From: Tannockella kyphosi
GTDB lineage: Bacteria; Bacillota_I; Bacilli_A; Erysipelotrichales; Coprobacillaceae
Assembly: GCF_021054785.1 (NCBI RefSeq)
Contig: NZ_CP088239.1
Span: forward strand, 1,560,001-1,592,000
DNA: 32,000 bases
Direction: 5' to 3'
The position numbers and the translations under genes are program-made. The notes beneath the pieces were generated by a model that saw nothing but the letters and a program-made list of their open reading frames with translations, did not search any database and was not told the origin of the DNA. This document shows, in pieces, positions 25,839-32,000 of the stretch. Position 1 is the stretch's first letter, and every line of letters starts with the position of its first letter.

Positions 25839-25991
25839 ATCCCGGATATATTATAGTAGTTCGACATCAGTTTTCTTATTATAAACCAATGTTTTTGTTT
25901 GACGTTTTTGATAAAGTCTTTTTTCTCTATGGTGACAATATTGTCTAACACCCTTTTCGCTTTATGTTTTCGTCTTACAACACTTCTTCTT
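25814..25991 (-). ncRNA. Candidate small RNA or cis-regulatory leader of about 180 nt (unclassified)
   Basis: Defined only by the flanking promoter (25998..26026) and terminator (25812..25838). It contains an internal hairpin GGUG-UUA-GACAAUAUUGUC-ACC. I recognised no known riboswitch, T-box or RAT consensus. Confidence 0.35.
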
Positions 25992-25997
25992 ATTTAC

Positions 25998-26026
25998 ATT
26001 ATAAATGAAAGCGCTTTCTTTGTAAA
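25998..26026 (-). promoter_or_regulatory. Orphan near-consensus sigma-A promoter directly downstream of the typA terminator
   Basis: On the minus strand, TTTACA (26026..26021), a 17-nt spacer, then TATAAT (26003..25998). No ORF with an RBS follows before the terminator at 25812..25838. Confidence 0.6.
26005..26019. promoter_or_regulatory. Catabolite-responsive element (cre, CcpA operator) inside the spacer of the orphan promoter
   Basis: The plus strand ATGAAAGCGCTTTCT fits WTGNAANCGNWNNCW at all constrained positions. Its core GAAAGCGCTTTC is a perfect 12-bp palindrome. Confidence 0.55.
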
Positions 26027-26056
26027 GAGAAAAAAAGATGCATTATGCATCTTTTT
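26027..26056 (-). terminator. Terminator after typA
   Basis: AAAAAGAUGCA-UAA-UGCAUCUUUUU followed by UUCUC. The typA stop codon forms the loop. Confidence 0.7.
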
Positions 26057-27872
26057 GAATGTTTTTCATTTTACTTTGTCTTCTACGTTCTTGTTCACTT
26101 AACCAACGTTTACGTAAACGGATGTTTTTAGGTGTAACTTCTACTAATTCATCATCATTTATATAATCTAAACAGTTTTCTAAGTTAAAAGCTCTTGGTT
26201 TCTTTAATACTACTGTTGCATCTTTACTAGCAGAACGTGTATTCGTAAGTTGTTTTCCTTTTGTAACATTAACAACTAAGTCATTATCACGACTATGTTC
26301 TCCAACAATCATACCTTCATATACATCTGTTCCTGGTTCAATAAACATAGCTCCACGATCTTCTACTCCACCTAGGGCATAAGCTGTTGATTGTCCATTA
26401 TCAATAGATACTAATACTCCTAATGATCTTTCTCCTACTGCATCCCCTTCCATTGGACGGTATTCAGTAAATGAGTGAGAAATAATCCCATAACCTTTTG
26501 TCATTGTTAAGAAGTTAGTCATAAATCCAATCATTCCTCTTGAAGGAATAATATAAGTAACAGCAGTTTGACCATCATTACTTTCCATATTTTCTAAAAT
26601 ACCTCTACGGAATCCTAATGATTCAATAACACTACCAATACATTCATCTGGTGCTTCTATATTTACTTCTTCATATGGTTCATATAAATCACCATCGATT
26701 TCTTTAATAATTACTTTTGGTTTTGATACTTGTAACTCATAACCTTCACGACGCATATTTTCAATTAAAATAGATAAATGTAATTCTCCACGTCCTGATA
26801 CAATCCATTCTTCACTAGTTGGAATTCTTTCGATTTTTAAAGATACATCTCTATTTGTTTCTTTAAATAATCTTTCTTCTATTTTACTAGCAGTTACAAA
26901 CTTCCCTTCTTTTCCTGCAAAAGGAGAAGTGTTTGTACCAAATACCATTTGAATGGTTGGTTCATCAACATGTAATAAAGGTAAAGCTTCTTCTTTTCCT
27001 GTTGTACATACTGTTTCACCTACACCAATATCAGCAAGTCCCGCAACAGCAATAATATCACCTGCTTGTGCTTCATCGATTTCAATACGATGTAATCCTA
27101 AAAATCCAAATAACTTTTGAACACGGAATTGTGATTTTGAACCATCTGCTCTTACACATGTAACTGATTCATTTAATTTAATAGTTCCTCTTTGTACACG
27201 ACCTACTCCAATACGCCCTACATAATCATTATAATCTAATAACGCTGGTTGGAATTGTAATGGTCCTTCTAAATCAACGAAAGGAGCTGGTATCTCATCG
27301 ATAACCATATCGAATAAACAATCCATATTATTTACTTGTGTTGAAACATCTGGATCAATACTTGATGTTCCTTGAAGTGCAGAAACAAATACAGTTGGGA
27401 AATCTAATTGATTATCATCAGCCCCAAGTTCCATAAATAATTCTAATACTTCATCCATAACTTCTTGAACACGTACTACTGGACGGTCTACTTTATTTAT
27501 TACTACAATTGGTTTTACTTTCGCTGCTAATGCTTTTTTAAGTACAAAACGTGTTTGAGGCATTGTCCCTTCATAAGCATCTACTACTAATAATACCCCA
27601 TCAACCATATTCATAATACGTTCTACTTCTCCACCAAAGTCAGCATGTCCCGGTGTATCCATAATATTGATACGATAATCTTTATAATTGATTGCAGTAT
27701 TTTTTGCAAGAATCGTAATTCCTCTTTCTCTTTCTAAGTCATTACTATCCATTGCTCTATCTGCTACTTGTTCATTATCACGAAATGTTCCTGATAACTT
27801 TAATAATTGATCTACTAATGTTGTTTTTCCATGGTCTACATGGGCAATAATTGCTATGTTTCGTATATTCAT
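26043..27872 (-). CDS. typA: Translational GTPase TypA/BipA
   Basis: 609 aa. [22 protein letters not shown]1 motif, [15 protein letters not shown]3 motif, NKVDR G4 motif, EF-G-like domains. Confidence 0.95.
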   Translation of the reverse strand: MNIRNIAIIAHVDHGKTTLVDQLLKLSGTFRDNEQVADRAMDSNDLERERGITILAKNTAINYKDYRINIMDTPGHADFGGEVERIMNMVDGVLLVVDAYEGTMPQTRFVLKKALAAKVKPIVVINKVDRPVVRVQEVMDEVLELFMELGADDNQLDFPTVFVSALQGTSSIDPDVSTQVNNMDCLFDMVIDEIPAPFVDLEGPLQFQPALLDYNDYVGRIGVGRVQRGTIKLNESVTCVRADGSKSQFRVQKLFGFLGLHRIEIDEAQAGDIIAVAGLADIGVGETVCTTGKEEALPLLHVDEPTIQMVFGTNTSPFAGKEGKFVTASKIEERLFKETNRDVSLKIERIPTSEEWIVSGRGELHLSILIENMRREGYELQVSKPKVIIKEIDGDLYEPYEEVNIEAPDECIGSVIESLGFRRGILENMESNDGQTAVTYIIPSRGMIGFMTNFLTMTKGYGIISHSFTEYRPMEGDAVGERSLGVLVSIDNGQSTAYALGGVEDRGAMFIEPGTDVYEGMIVGEHSRDNDLVVNVTKGKQLTNTRSASKDATVVLKKPRAFNLENCLDYINDDELVEVTPKNIRLRKRWLSEQERRRQSKMKNIQKDA

Positions 27873-27898
27873 ATTAACGCTCCTTTTATAACCTCCAT

Positions 27899-27926
27899 AT
27901 TATAGCACAATTTTTCTAAATGTCGA
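27899..27926 (-). promoter_or_regulatory. Putative typA promoter
   Basis: On the minus strand, TCGACA, a 16-nt spacer, then TGcTATAAT (extended -10), about 25 nt upstream of the RBS AAAAGGAG. Confidence 0.55.
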
Positions 27927-28075
27927 CAAAAACATTTCAAGAAAGAAACTTTGATTCTGTGGGCTATTTCTTGAAAAAACAAGGCTATAAAACAATTCCT
28001 ATTTGTTATACAAAATTGTTAAAATATTTGTTCATTTAACATAAAATAAGTTTTTATTCTTATTATTCGTAGTGA

Positions 28076-28103
28076 AAGTAGAAATTGTATACAATTTCTA
28101 CTT
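28076..28103. promoter_or_regulatory. Perfect 28-bp palindrome (candidate operator) overlapping the -35 and spacer of the aspartate kinase promoter
   Basis: AAGTAGAAATTGTA|TACAATTTCTACTT. Every position pairs with its mirror, and the centre is TGTATACA. Confidence 0.5.
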
Positions 28104-28113
28104 GTAATAATAT
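28085..28113 (+). promoter_or_regulatory. Putative aspartate kinase promoter
   Basis: TTGTAT (28085..28090), a 17-nt spacer, then TAATAT (28108..28113), leaving a leader of about 45 nt to the ATG at 28163. Confidence 0.4.
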
Positions 28114-28162
28114 GTTTTTCATGTTATTTTTTAATTACACTTATTTTTAGGGGGAGAAACAA

Positions 28163-29485
28163 ATGAAAAAAGTTGCAAAATTTGGAGGTTCTTCTTTAGC
28201 AGATGCAAATCAATTTAAAAAGGTAGCTGCCATTATAAAAGAAGATAGTTCTAGAAAAATTGTCGTTCCTTCAGCACCAGGAAAACGCTTTAAAGAAGAT
28301 ATTAAAGTGACAGACTTATTACACAATGCTTATCTAGCAAAAACAGAGAAAGAATTTCAAGAATTGTTTTCTGCAATTCAAGAAAGATATAATTCTATTA
28401 TTGATGAATTAGAGTTAACTATTTCTTTACAAGAAGAATTCGATACAATTGAAAAAGCATTTAAAGATAAAATTGGTTTAGATTATGCTTTTAGTAGAGG
28501 AGAATATTTAAATGGTTTAGTTCTTGCAGATTACTTAGGATTCACTTTTATTGATGCAAAAGATGTTATCTTTATTGATAAAGATGGAAACTATGATGAA
28601 AAAATGACAGATCCTATTTTATCAAAAGCTCTGATTCAACATGAATATGTTGTTATTCCTGGATTCTATGGTTCGTTAAATACACAACCAAACACAATCA
28701 AAGCTTTCTCACGTGGAGGAAGTGATGTGACAGGTAGTATCGTAGCGAAAAATGGACATGTTGCTTTATACGAAAACTGGACTGATGTTTCAGGATTCTT
28801 AGTAGCAGATCCTCGTTATGTTCATAACCCTGAGTCAATTGGTACAATTACATATAAAGAATTACGTGAGTTATCTTATATGGGAGCTAGTGTATTACAT
28901 GAAAATTCTATCTTCCCAATTCGTAACGAAGGAATTCCAATTAATATTAAAAACACAAACAAACCAACAGATGCAGGTACTTTAATTGTAGAAAGTACTT
29001 GTCATAAACCAGATCATGTTATTACAGGAATTGCTGGTAAAAAAGGGTTTGCTACTATAATGATTGAAAAAGATATGATGAATAGTGAAATTGGTTTTGG
29101 TCGTAAAGTATTACAAGTCTTAGAAGAATATCAAATTTCTTTTGAACATATTCCTTCTGGTATTGATACAATGACTATTATTGTCAATACAGAAGATTTC
29201 ATTAGTAAAGAACAAGCTATCTTATCTGGTATCCATCGTGCCGTTCAACCAGATACAATTACGCTTGAATCTGATTTAGCTTTAATTGCAATTGTAGGTC
29301 GTGGAATGAAAGCTGCTCGTGGTACTGCTGCCAAAGTCTTTACTGCACTAGCAAGAGAAAATGTAAATATTAAAATGATTGATCAAGGATCAAGTGAGTT
29401 AAATATCATTGTAGGTGTTCGTAATTGTTATTTTGAAGATGCTTTAAAAGCAATTTATCATGAATTTATTGATTTAGATGCTTAG
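28163..29485 (+). CDS. Aspartate kinase (monofunctional, two C-terminal ACT domains)
   Basis: 440 aa. KFGGSSL nucleotide-binding N-terminus, FSRGGSDVTG motif, and C-terminal ACT-like segments (LIAIVGRGMKAARGTAAKVFTALA...). RBS GGGGGAG. Confidence 0.88.
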   Translation: MKKVAKFGGSSLADANQFKKVAAIIKEDSSRKIVVPSAPGKRFKEDIKVTDLLHNAYLAKTEKEFQELFSAIQERYNSIIDELELTISLQEEFDTIEKAFKDKIGLDYAFSRGEYLNGLVLADYLGFTFIDAKDVIFIDKDGNYDEKMTDPILSKALIQHEYVVIPGFYGSLNTQPNTIKAFSRGGSDVTGSIVAKNGHVALYENWTDVSGFLVADPRYVHNPESIGTITYKELRELSYMGASVLHENSIFPIRNEGIPINIKNTNKPTDAGTLIVESTCHKPDHVITGIAGKKGFATIMIEKDMMNSEIGFGRKVLQVLEEYQISFEHIPSGIDTMTIIVNTEDFISKEQAILSGIHRAVQPDTITLESDLALIAIVGRGMKAARGTAAKVFTALARENVNIKMIDQGSSELNIIVGVRNCYFEDALKAIYHEFIDLDA

Positions 29486-29495
29486 GCATCTTTTT
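29476..29495 (+). terminator. Terminator after aspartate kinase
   Basis: AGAUGC-UUAG-GCAUCU followed by UUUUU. The stop codon TAG lies in the loop. It abuts the convergent prepilin peptidase stop. Confidence 0.6.
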
Positions 29496-30173
29496 CTATA
29501 CCAAAAATAAACAAACTAAAACTCCCAAACTAATAAATGGAACAAAAGGGATTTGTTTTTCTTGCCCCATTTTCAATAAACCATACACACTCCCCGTCAA
29601 TACCGCAATATAAAAAGATAAGACACAATCCTGCCACGATAAAAACAACCCTATTATCCCATATAAATAAATATCTCCCATCCCAAAACTATCAGGAACA
29701 ATCTTTGTAACTATCCATAAAAACAAACTAACGCATAACATCGATTGCAGGCATTCTTTAAAAGATGTGCCATAAATAAACTGATAAACTATCCCTATCA
29801 TACATAACCACAACAATAAACAATGATATACTTGGTTTGTATCCATATCTATTTTGCTCATTACAACCAAAGTAGCTATTAATAAATAGAGCAACAATGC
29901 TTCCAAACGCCTAGGATAACAATAAGTAATCCCTACTAACAATACCCCTGCTAATAATTCAATAATTGGATAACTAATACTAATCTTTTGATGACAATGA
30001 CGACACTTTCCTTTTAAAAACAAATAACTAACAAAAGGAATCAAATCATACCAAGCAATCATATGATGACAACTAGGACAATAACTTCTACCTTTAATAA
30101 ATCCTATATTCTTAGGTATTCGATAAATCAATACATTCATAAAACTTCCAATTATACTCCCTACTATAAACAT
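29496..30173 (-). CDS. Type IV prepilin peptidase (A24 family, ComC/PilD-like)
   Basis: 225 aa. GSFMNVLIYRIP motif, CPSC...CRHC zinc-ribbon-like pairs, and a polytopic body with candidate catalytic Asp residues (KIDMDT and GMGDIYL). Confidence 0.85.
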   Translation of the reverse strand: MFIVGSIIGSFMNVLIYRIPKNIGFIKGRSYCPSCHHMIAWYDLIPFVSYLFLKGKCRHCHQKISISYPIIELLAGVLLVGITYCYPRRLEALLLYLLIATLVVMSKIDMDTNQVYHCLLLWLCMIGIVYQFIYGTSFKECLQSMLCVSLFLWIVTKIVPDSFGMGDIYLYGIIGLFLSWQDCVLSFYIAVLTGSVYGLLKMGQEKQIPFVPFISLGVLVCLFLV

Positions 30174-30263
30174 TTATTTCACCTCTTTTTCATATATACT
30201 ATTTTAAAAGGCAAATTTCTTTTCATTTTCTAATTAATTTATCACCCCTCTTCTTTTATAATA

Positions 30264-30294
30264 GAAAAAGAAGCTCTTAAAAAGCTTCTCTTTC
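30264..30294 (-). terminator. Terminator after the DUF1846 gene
   Basis: GAAAGAGAAGCU-UUUUAAG-AGCUUCUUUUUC (12 bp with one mismatch) followed by UAUUAU. Confidence 0.6.
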
Positions 30295-31746
30295 TATTAC
30301 AGTAGATGTTAGTTGAATACCTAAACGTTTGTATATTTGAGCATCATTATTTACAATTGGACAAGTAACATGTGCTTGACTATGTTGTAAGTCCGATAAA
30401 TGTTCCATTGCTTTTTTAGCCATTGGATCATCTTTTGCACTAATTGCTAGTGCAATCAATACTTCATCACTATGTAATTGTGGGTTTTGACTACCTAAGT
30501 AATCTATTTTTAATTGTTGCATTGGATCGATTGCATGAGGTGAAATTAAATGAACCTTTTTTTCAATCCCTGCTAAATACTTTACTGCATTCATTAATAA
30601 AGCTGCAGATACTCCCATAAAAGGAGAAGCTTTTGCTTTGATAATCGTTCCATCACTTAATTCTAAAGCACCGGTAATACAATCTAAATTAGCACTATGT
30701 TGCAATGCTTCTACAACACATTTACGTTCCTCTACTTTTATTTTAGCGTTATTCATAATTAGTTCGATTTTTTCTACTTCTTCTTTTGAACATTCATCAT
30801 TTCCATATCTTTGTAAAGCATGGAAATAACGGCGAATAATTTCTTGACGAGAGGCCTCGCGACATACATCCTCTTTTTCAATACAGAATCCTGCCATATT
30901 TACACCCATATCAGTTGGTGATGCATATGGACTAGCACCATATATTGCTTCAAACATTCCTTTTAATACTGGGAATATTTCAACATCACGATTATAGTTA
31001 ATTGCTACTTCATTATATGCTTCTAAATGAAAAGGATCAATTAAGTTAACATCATTTAAATCAGCAGTAGCTGCTTCATAAGCAACATTTACTTCATGAT
31101 TTAATGGAATAGACCAAATTGGGAAAGTTTCAAATTTTGCATATCCTGCTTTTACTCCTCTTATCATTTCATGATATAGCTGAGATAAGCATGTAGCCAT
31201 CTTACCACTTCCTGGTCCTGGTGCAGTTACTACAACTAATGGTTTTGTTGTTTCAATAAAATCATTTTTCCCGAAACCATCTTCACTAATTATTGCTTTT
31301 ACATCTTGAGGATATCCTTCAATTATATAATGTAAATAAACTGGGATATTTCTTTTTTCTAAACGAGCCTTAAATATATCAGCTGCTTTTTGTCCACAAT
31401 ATTTTGTAATAACAACACTACCAACATACAATCCTTTTTGACGATATACTTCAATTAAACGAATTACATCTTGATCATATGTAATCCCTAAATCACCTCT
31501 TATTTTATTTTTTTCAATATCTTGGGCACTAATAACAATCACTATTTCTGCTTGTTCTTTTAATTCTAATAACATTTGTAATTTACTATCTGGTTGAAAA
31601 CCAGGTAGTACACGAGAAGCATGGTAATCATCAAATAATTTTCCACCAAACTCTAAATATAACTTATCTCCAAATTGATTAATTCTTTCTACAATATGTT
31701 TTGATTGCATTTTTAAATACTTATTATTATCAAATCCTATTTTCAT
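30277..31746 (-). CDS. DUF1846 (UPF0371) family protein, function unknown
   Basis: 489 aa. The N-terminus MKIGFDNNKYLKMQSKHIVERI..GGKLFDDYHASRVLPGF is characteristic of the conserved Firmicutes UPF0371 family. Confidence 0.75.
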   Translation of the reverse strand: MKIGFDNNKYLKMQSKHIVERINQFGDKLYLEFGGKLFDDYHASRVLPGFQPDSKLQMLLELKEQAEIVIVISAQDIEKNKIRGDLGITYDQDVIRLIEVYRQKGLYVGSVVITKYCGQKAADIFKARLEKRNIPVYLHYIIEGYPQDVKAIISEDGFGKNDFIETTKPLVVVTAPGPGSGKMATCLSQLYHEMIRGVKAGYAKFETFPIWSIPLNHEVNVAYEAATADLNDVNLIDPFHLEAYNEVAINYNRDVEIFPVLKGMFEAIYGASPYASPTDMGVNMAGFCIEKEDVCREASRQEIIRRYFHALQRYGNDECSKEEVEKIELIMNNAKIKVEERKCVVEALQHSANLDCITGALELSDGTIIKAKASPFMGVSAALLMNAVKYLAGIEKKVHLISPHAIDPMQQLKIDYLGSQNPQLHSDEVLIALAISAKDDPMAKKAMEHLSDLQHSQAHVTCPIVNNDAQIYKRLGIQLTSTVIEREAF

Positions 31747-31801
31747 AATTCCTCCTGCTTTTTTTATCTTGCCTTATTTTACAAGAAATATCGAAAGAAT
31801 G

Positions 31802-31832
31802 CAAAAAAAACATAAGTTTTTTTACTTATGTT
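31802..31832 (-). terminator. Terminator after the partial ROK kinase gene
   Basis: AACAUAAGU-AAAAAA-ACUUAUGUU followed by UUUUUUGC. The stop codon lies in the stem. Confidence 0.7.
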
Positions 31833-32000
31833 CTTTTCGCTTCTAAATGTTGATAAAAAGCTCCTATTAAATTAGCGTCATTACGATATTGACATACTAC
31901 TACATTTGGATATTGAATTGGATGAGCTGGTCCTTCTTTGAAAACAGTATCCAAACATTCTCCTAACAATTCCATTAATAATGGTTGCCAAGAAATACCA
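31826..32000 (-). CDS. ROK-family sugar kinase (glucokinase-like), C-terminal 57 codons only
   Basis: Hand translation of the minus strand gives ..GISWQPLLMELLGECLDTVFKEGPAHPIQYPNVVVCQYRNDANLIGAFYQHLEAKRT*. The xxNDAxLIGA ending is typical of ROK kinases. The gene continues beyond the right window edge. Confidence 0.55.
   Translation of the reverse strand, partial: GISWQPLLMELLGECLDTVFKEGPAHPIQYPNVVVCQYRNDANLIGAFYQHLEAKRT

Noticed and set aside
25812-25991. Small peptide genes inside the orphan transcript (for example a 24-aa ORF, MSNYYNISGIKQRLTLFFLVLRKR), and known leader types (RAT antiterminator, T-box, c-di-AMP, c-di-GMP or guanidine riboswitches).
   Set aside because: The ORF has no RBS and reads through the terminator. 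The GGGTG segment does not continue as a T-box, and none of the conserved cores of the riboswitch classes I checked are present. The element is left unclassified.
27873-28162. A lysine riboswitch (L-box) or T-box leader upstream of aspartate kinase.
   Set aside because: The intergenic region is only 290 nt and is shared with the typA promoter. I found none of the conserved L-box segments (GAGGCGC-type helices) and no T-box sequence (GGGTGGTACCGCG-like). The leader from the best promoter is only about 45 nt.
3339-30829. Short ORFs in the track that lie antisense within longer conserved genes: 3339..3608, 4865..5059, 10718..10927, 11159..11356, 11906..12088, 12674..12865, 15294..15509, 18734..18994, 18771..19007, 25899..26102, 30638..30829.
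   Set aside because: Each lies wholly or mostly inside a longer, motif-supported gene on the opposite strand (18734..18994, 18771..19007 and 25899..26102 also run into flanking intergenic DNA). They have low-complexity, Leu/Ile/Phe-rich translations typical of AT-rich antisense frames, and the ones I checked use non-ATG starts and lack ribosome-binding sites.
1-32000. A genomic island, prophage, mobile element or defence system.
   Set aside because: I recognised no integrase, transposase, recombinase, restriction-modification, Cas, abortive-infection or phage structural genes. There are no tRNA attachment sites or flanking long repeats. Gene orientation and terminator style are uniform across the window.

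Overview
AT-rich (about 30% GC by eye) Bacillota-type chromosomal segment. I count 29 protein-coding genes, 27 on the minus strand, mostly separated by clear hairpin plus U-run terminators whose stems often contain the upstream stop codon. Many putative promoters have an extended -10 (TGnTATAAT). Left to right: a partial second OppA-like lipoprotein; oppFDCBA (transcribed as oppABCDF on the minus strand); RNase HI with a hybrid-binding domain; a divergent ROK-like regulator; a PTS-IIB-domain fusion protein; a DUF4125-like protein; a TPR plus nucleotidyltransferase (DUF4037-like) protein; a MupG/DUF871-like protein; an AI-2E transporter; cysE; a MATE exporter; a degenerate GT2-like protein; a DagK-family lipid kinase (+); an unannotated 59-aa PspC-domain gene; phosphoglucomutase; H2O-forming-type NADH oxidase; a CobO/BtuR-type adenosyltransferase; ptsH; a membrane-anchored methyltransferase-like protein; a WG-repeat-like lipoprotein; typA; aspartate kinase (+); prepilin peptidase; a DUF1846 protein; and a partial ROK sugar kinase. 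I saw no rRNA, tRNA, CRISPR array, transposase, integrase or phage genes, so most of the window looks like core chromosome. The best candidates for undescribed biology are: (1) the MupG-like / TPR-nucleotidyltransferase / DUF4125 cassette; (2) the translationally coupled IIB-fusion / Zn-less ROK-like / RNase HI operon; (3) an orphan near-consensus promoter with a perfect cre site in its spacer, followed about 180 nt later by a terminator (candidate sRNA or leader); (4) a 56-bp tandem duplication that frameshifts the 3' end of the PspC-like gene; (5) a recurring AAATTGTATACAATTT-type palindrome at the aspartate kinase promoter and in opp-associated intergenic regions. All family assignments come from motif recognition by eye, with no database search. 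Hand-derived coordinates may be off by 1-2 nt.
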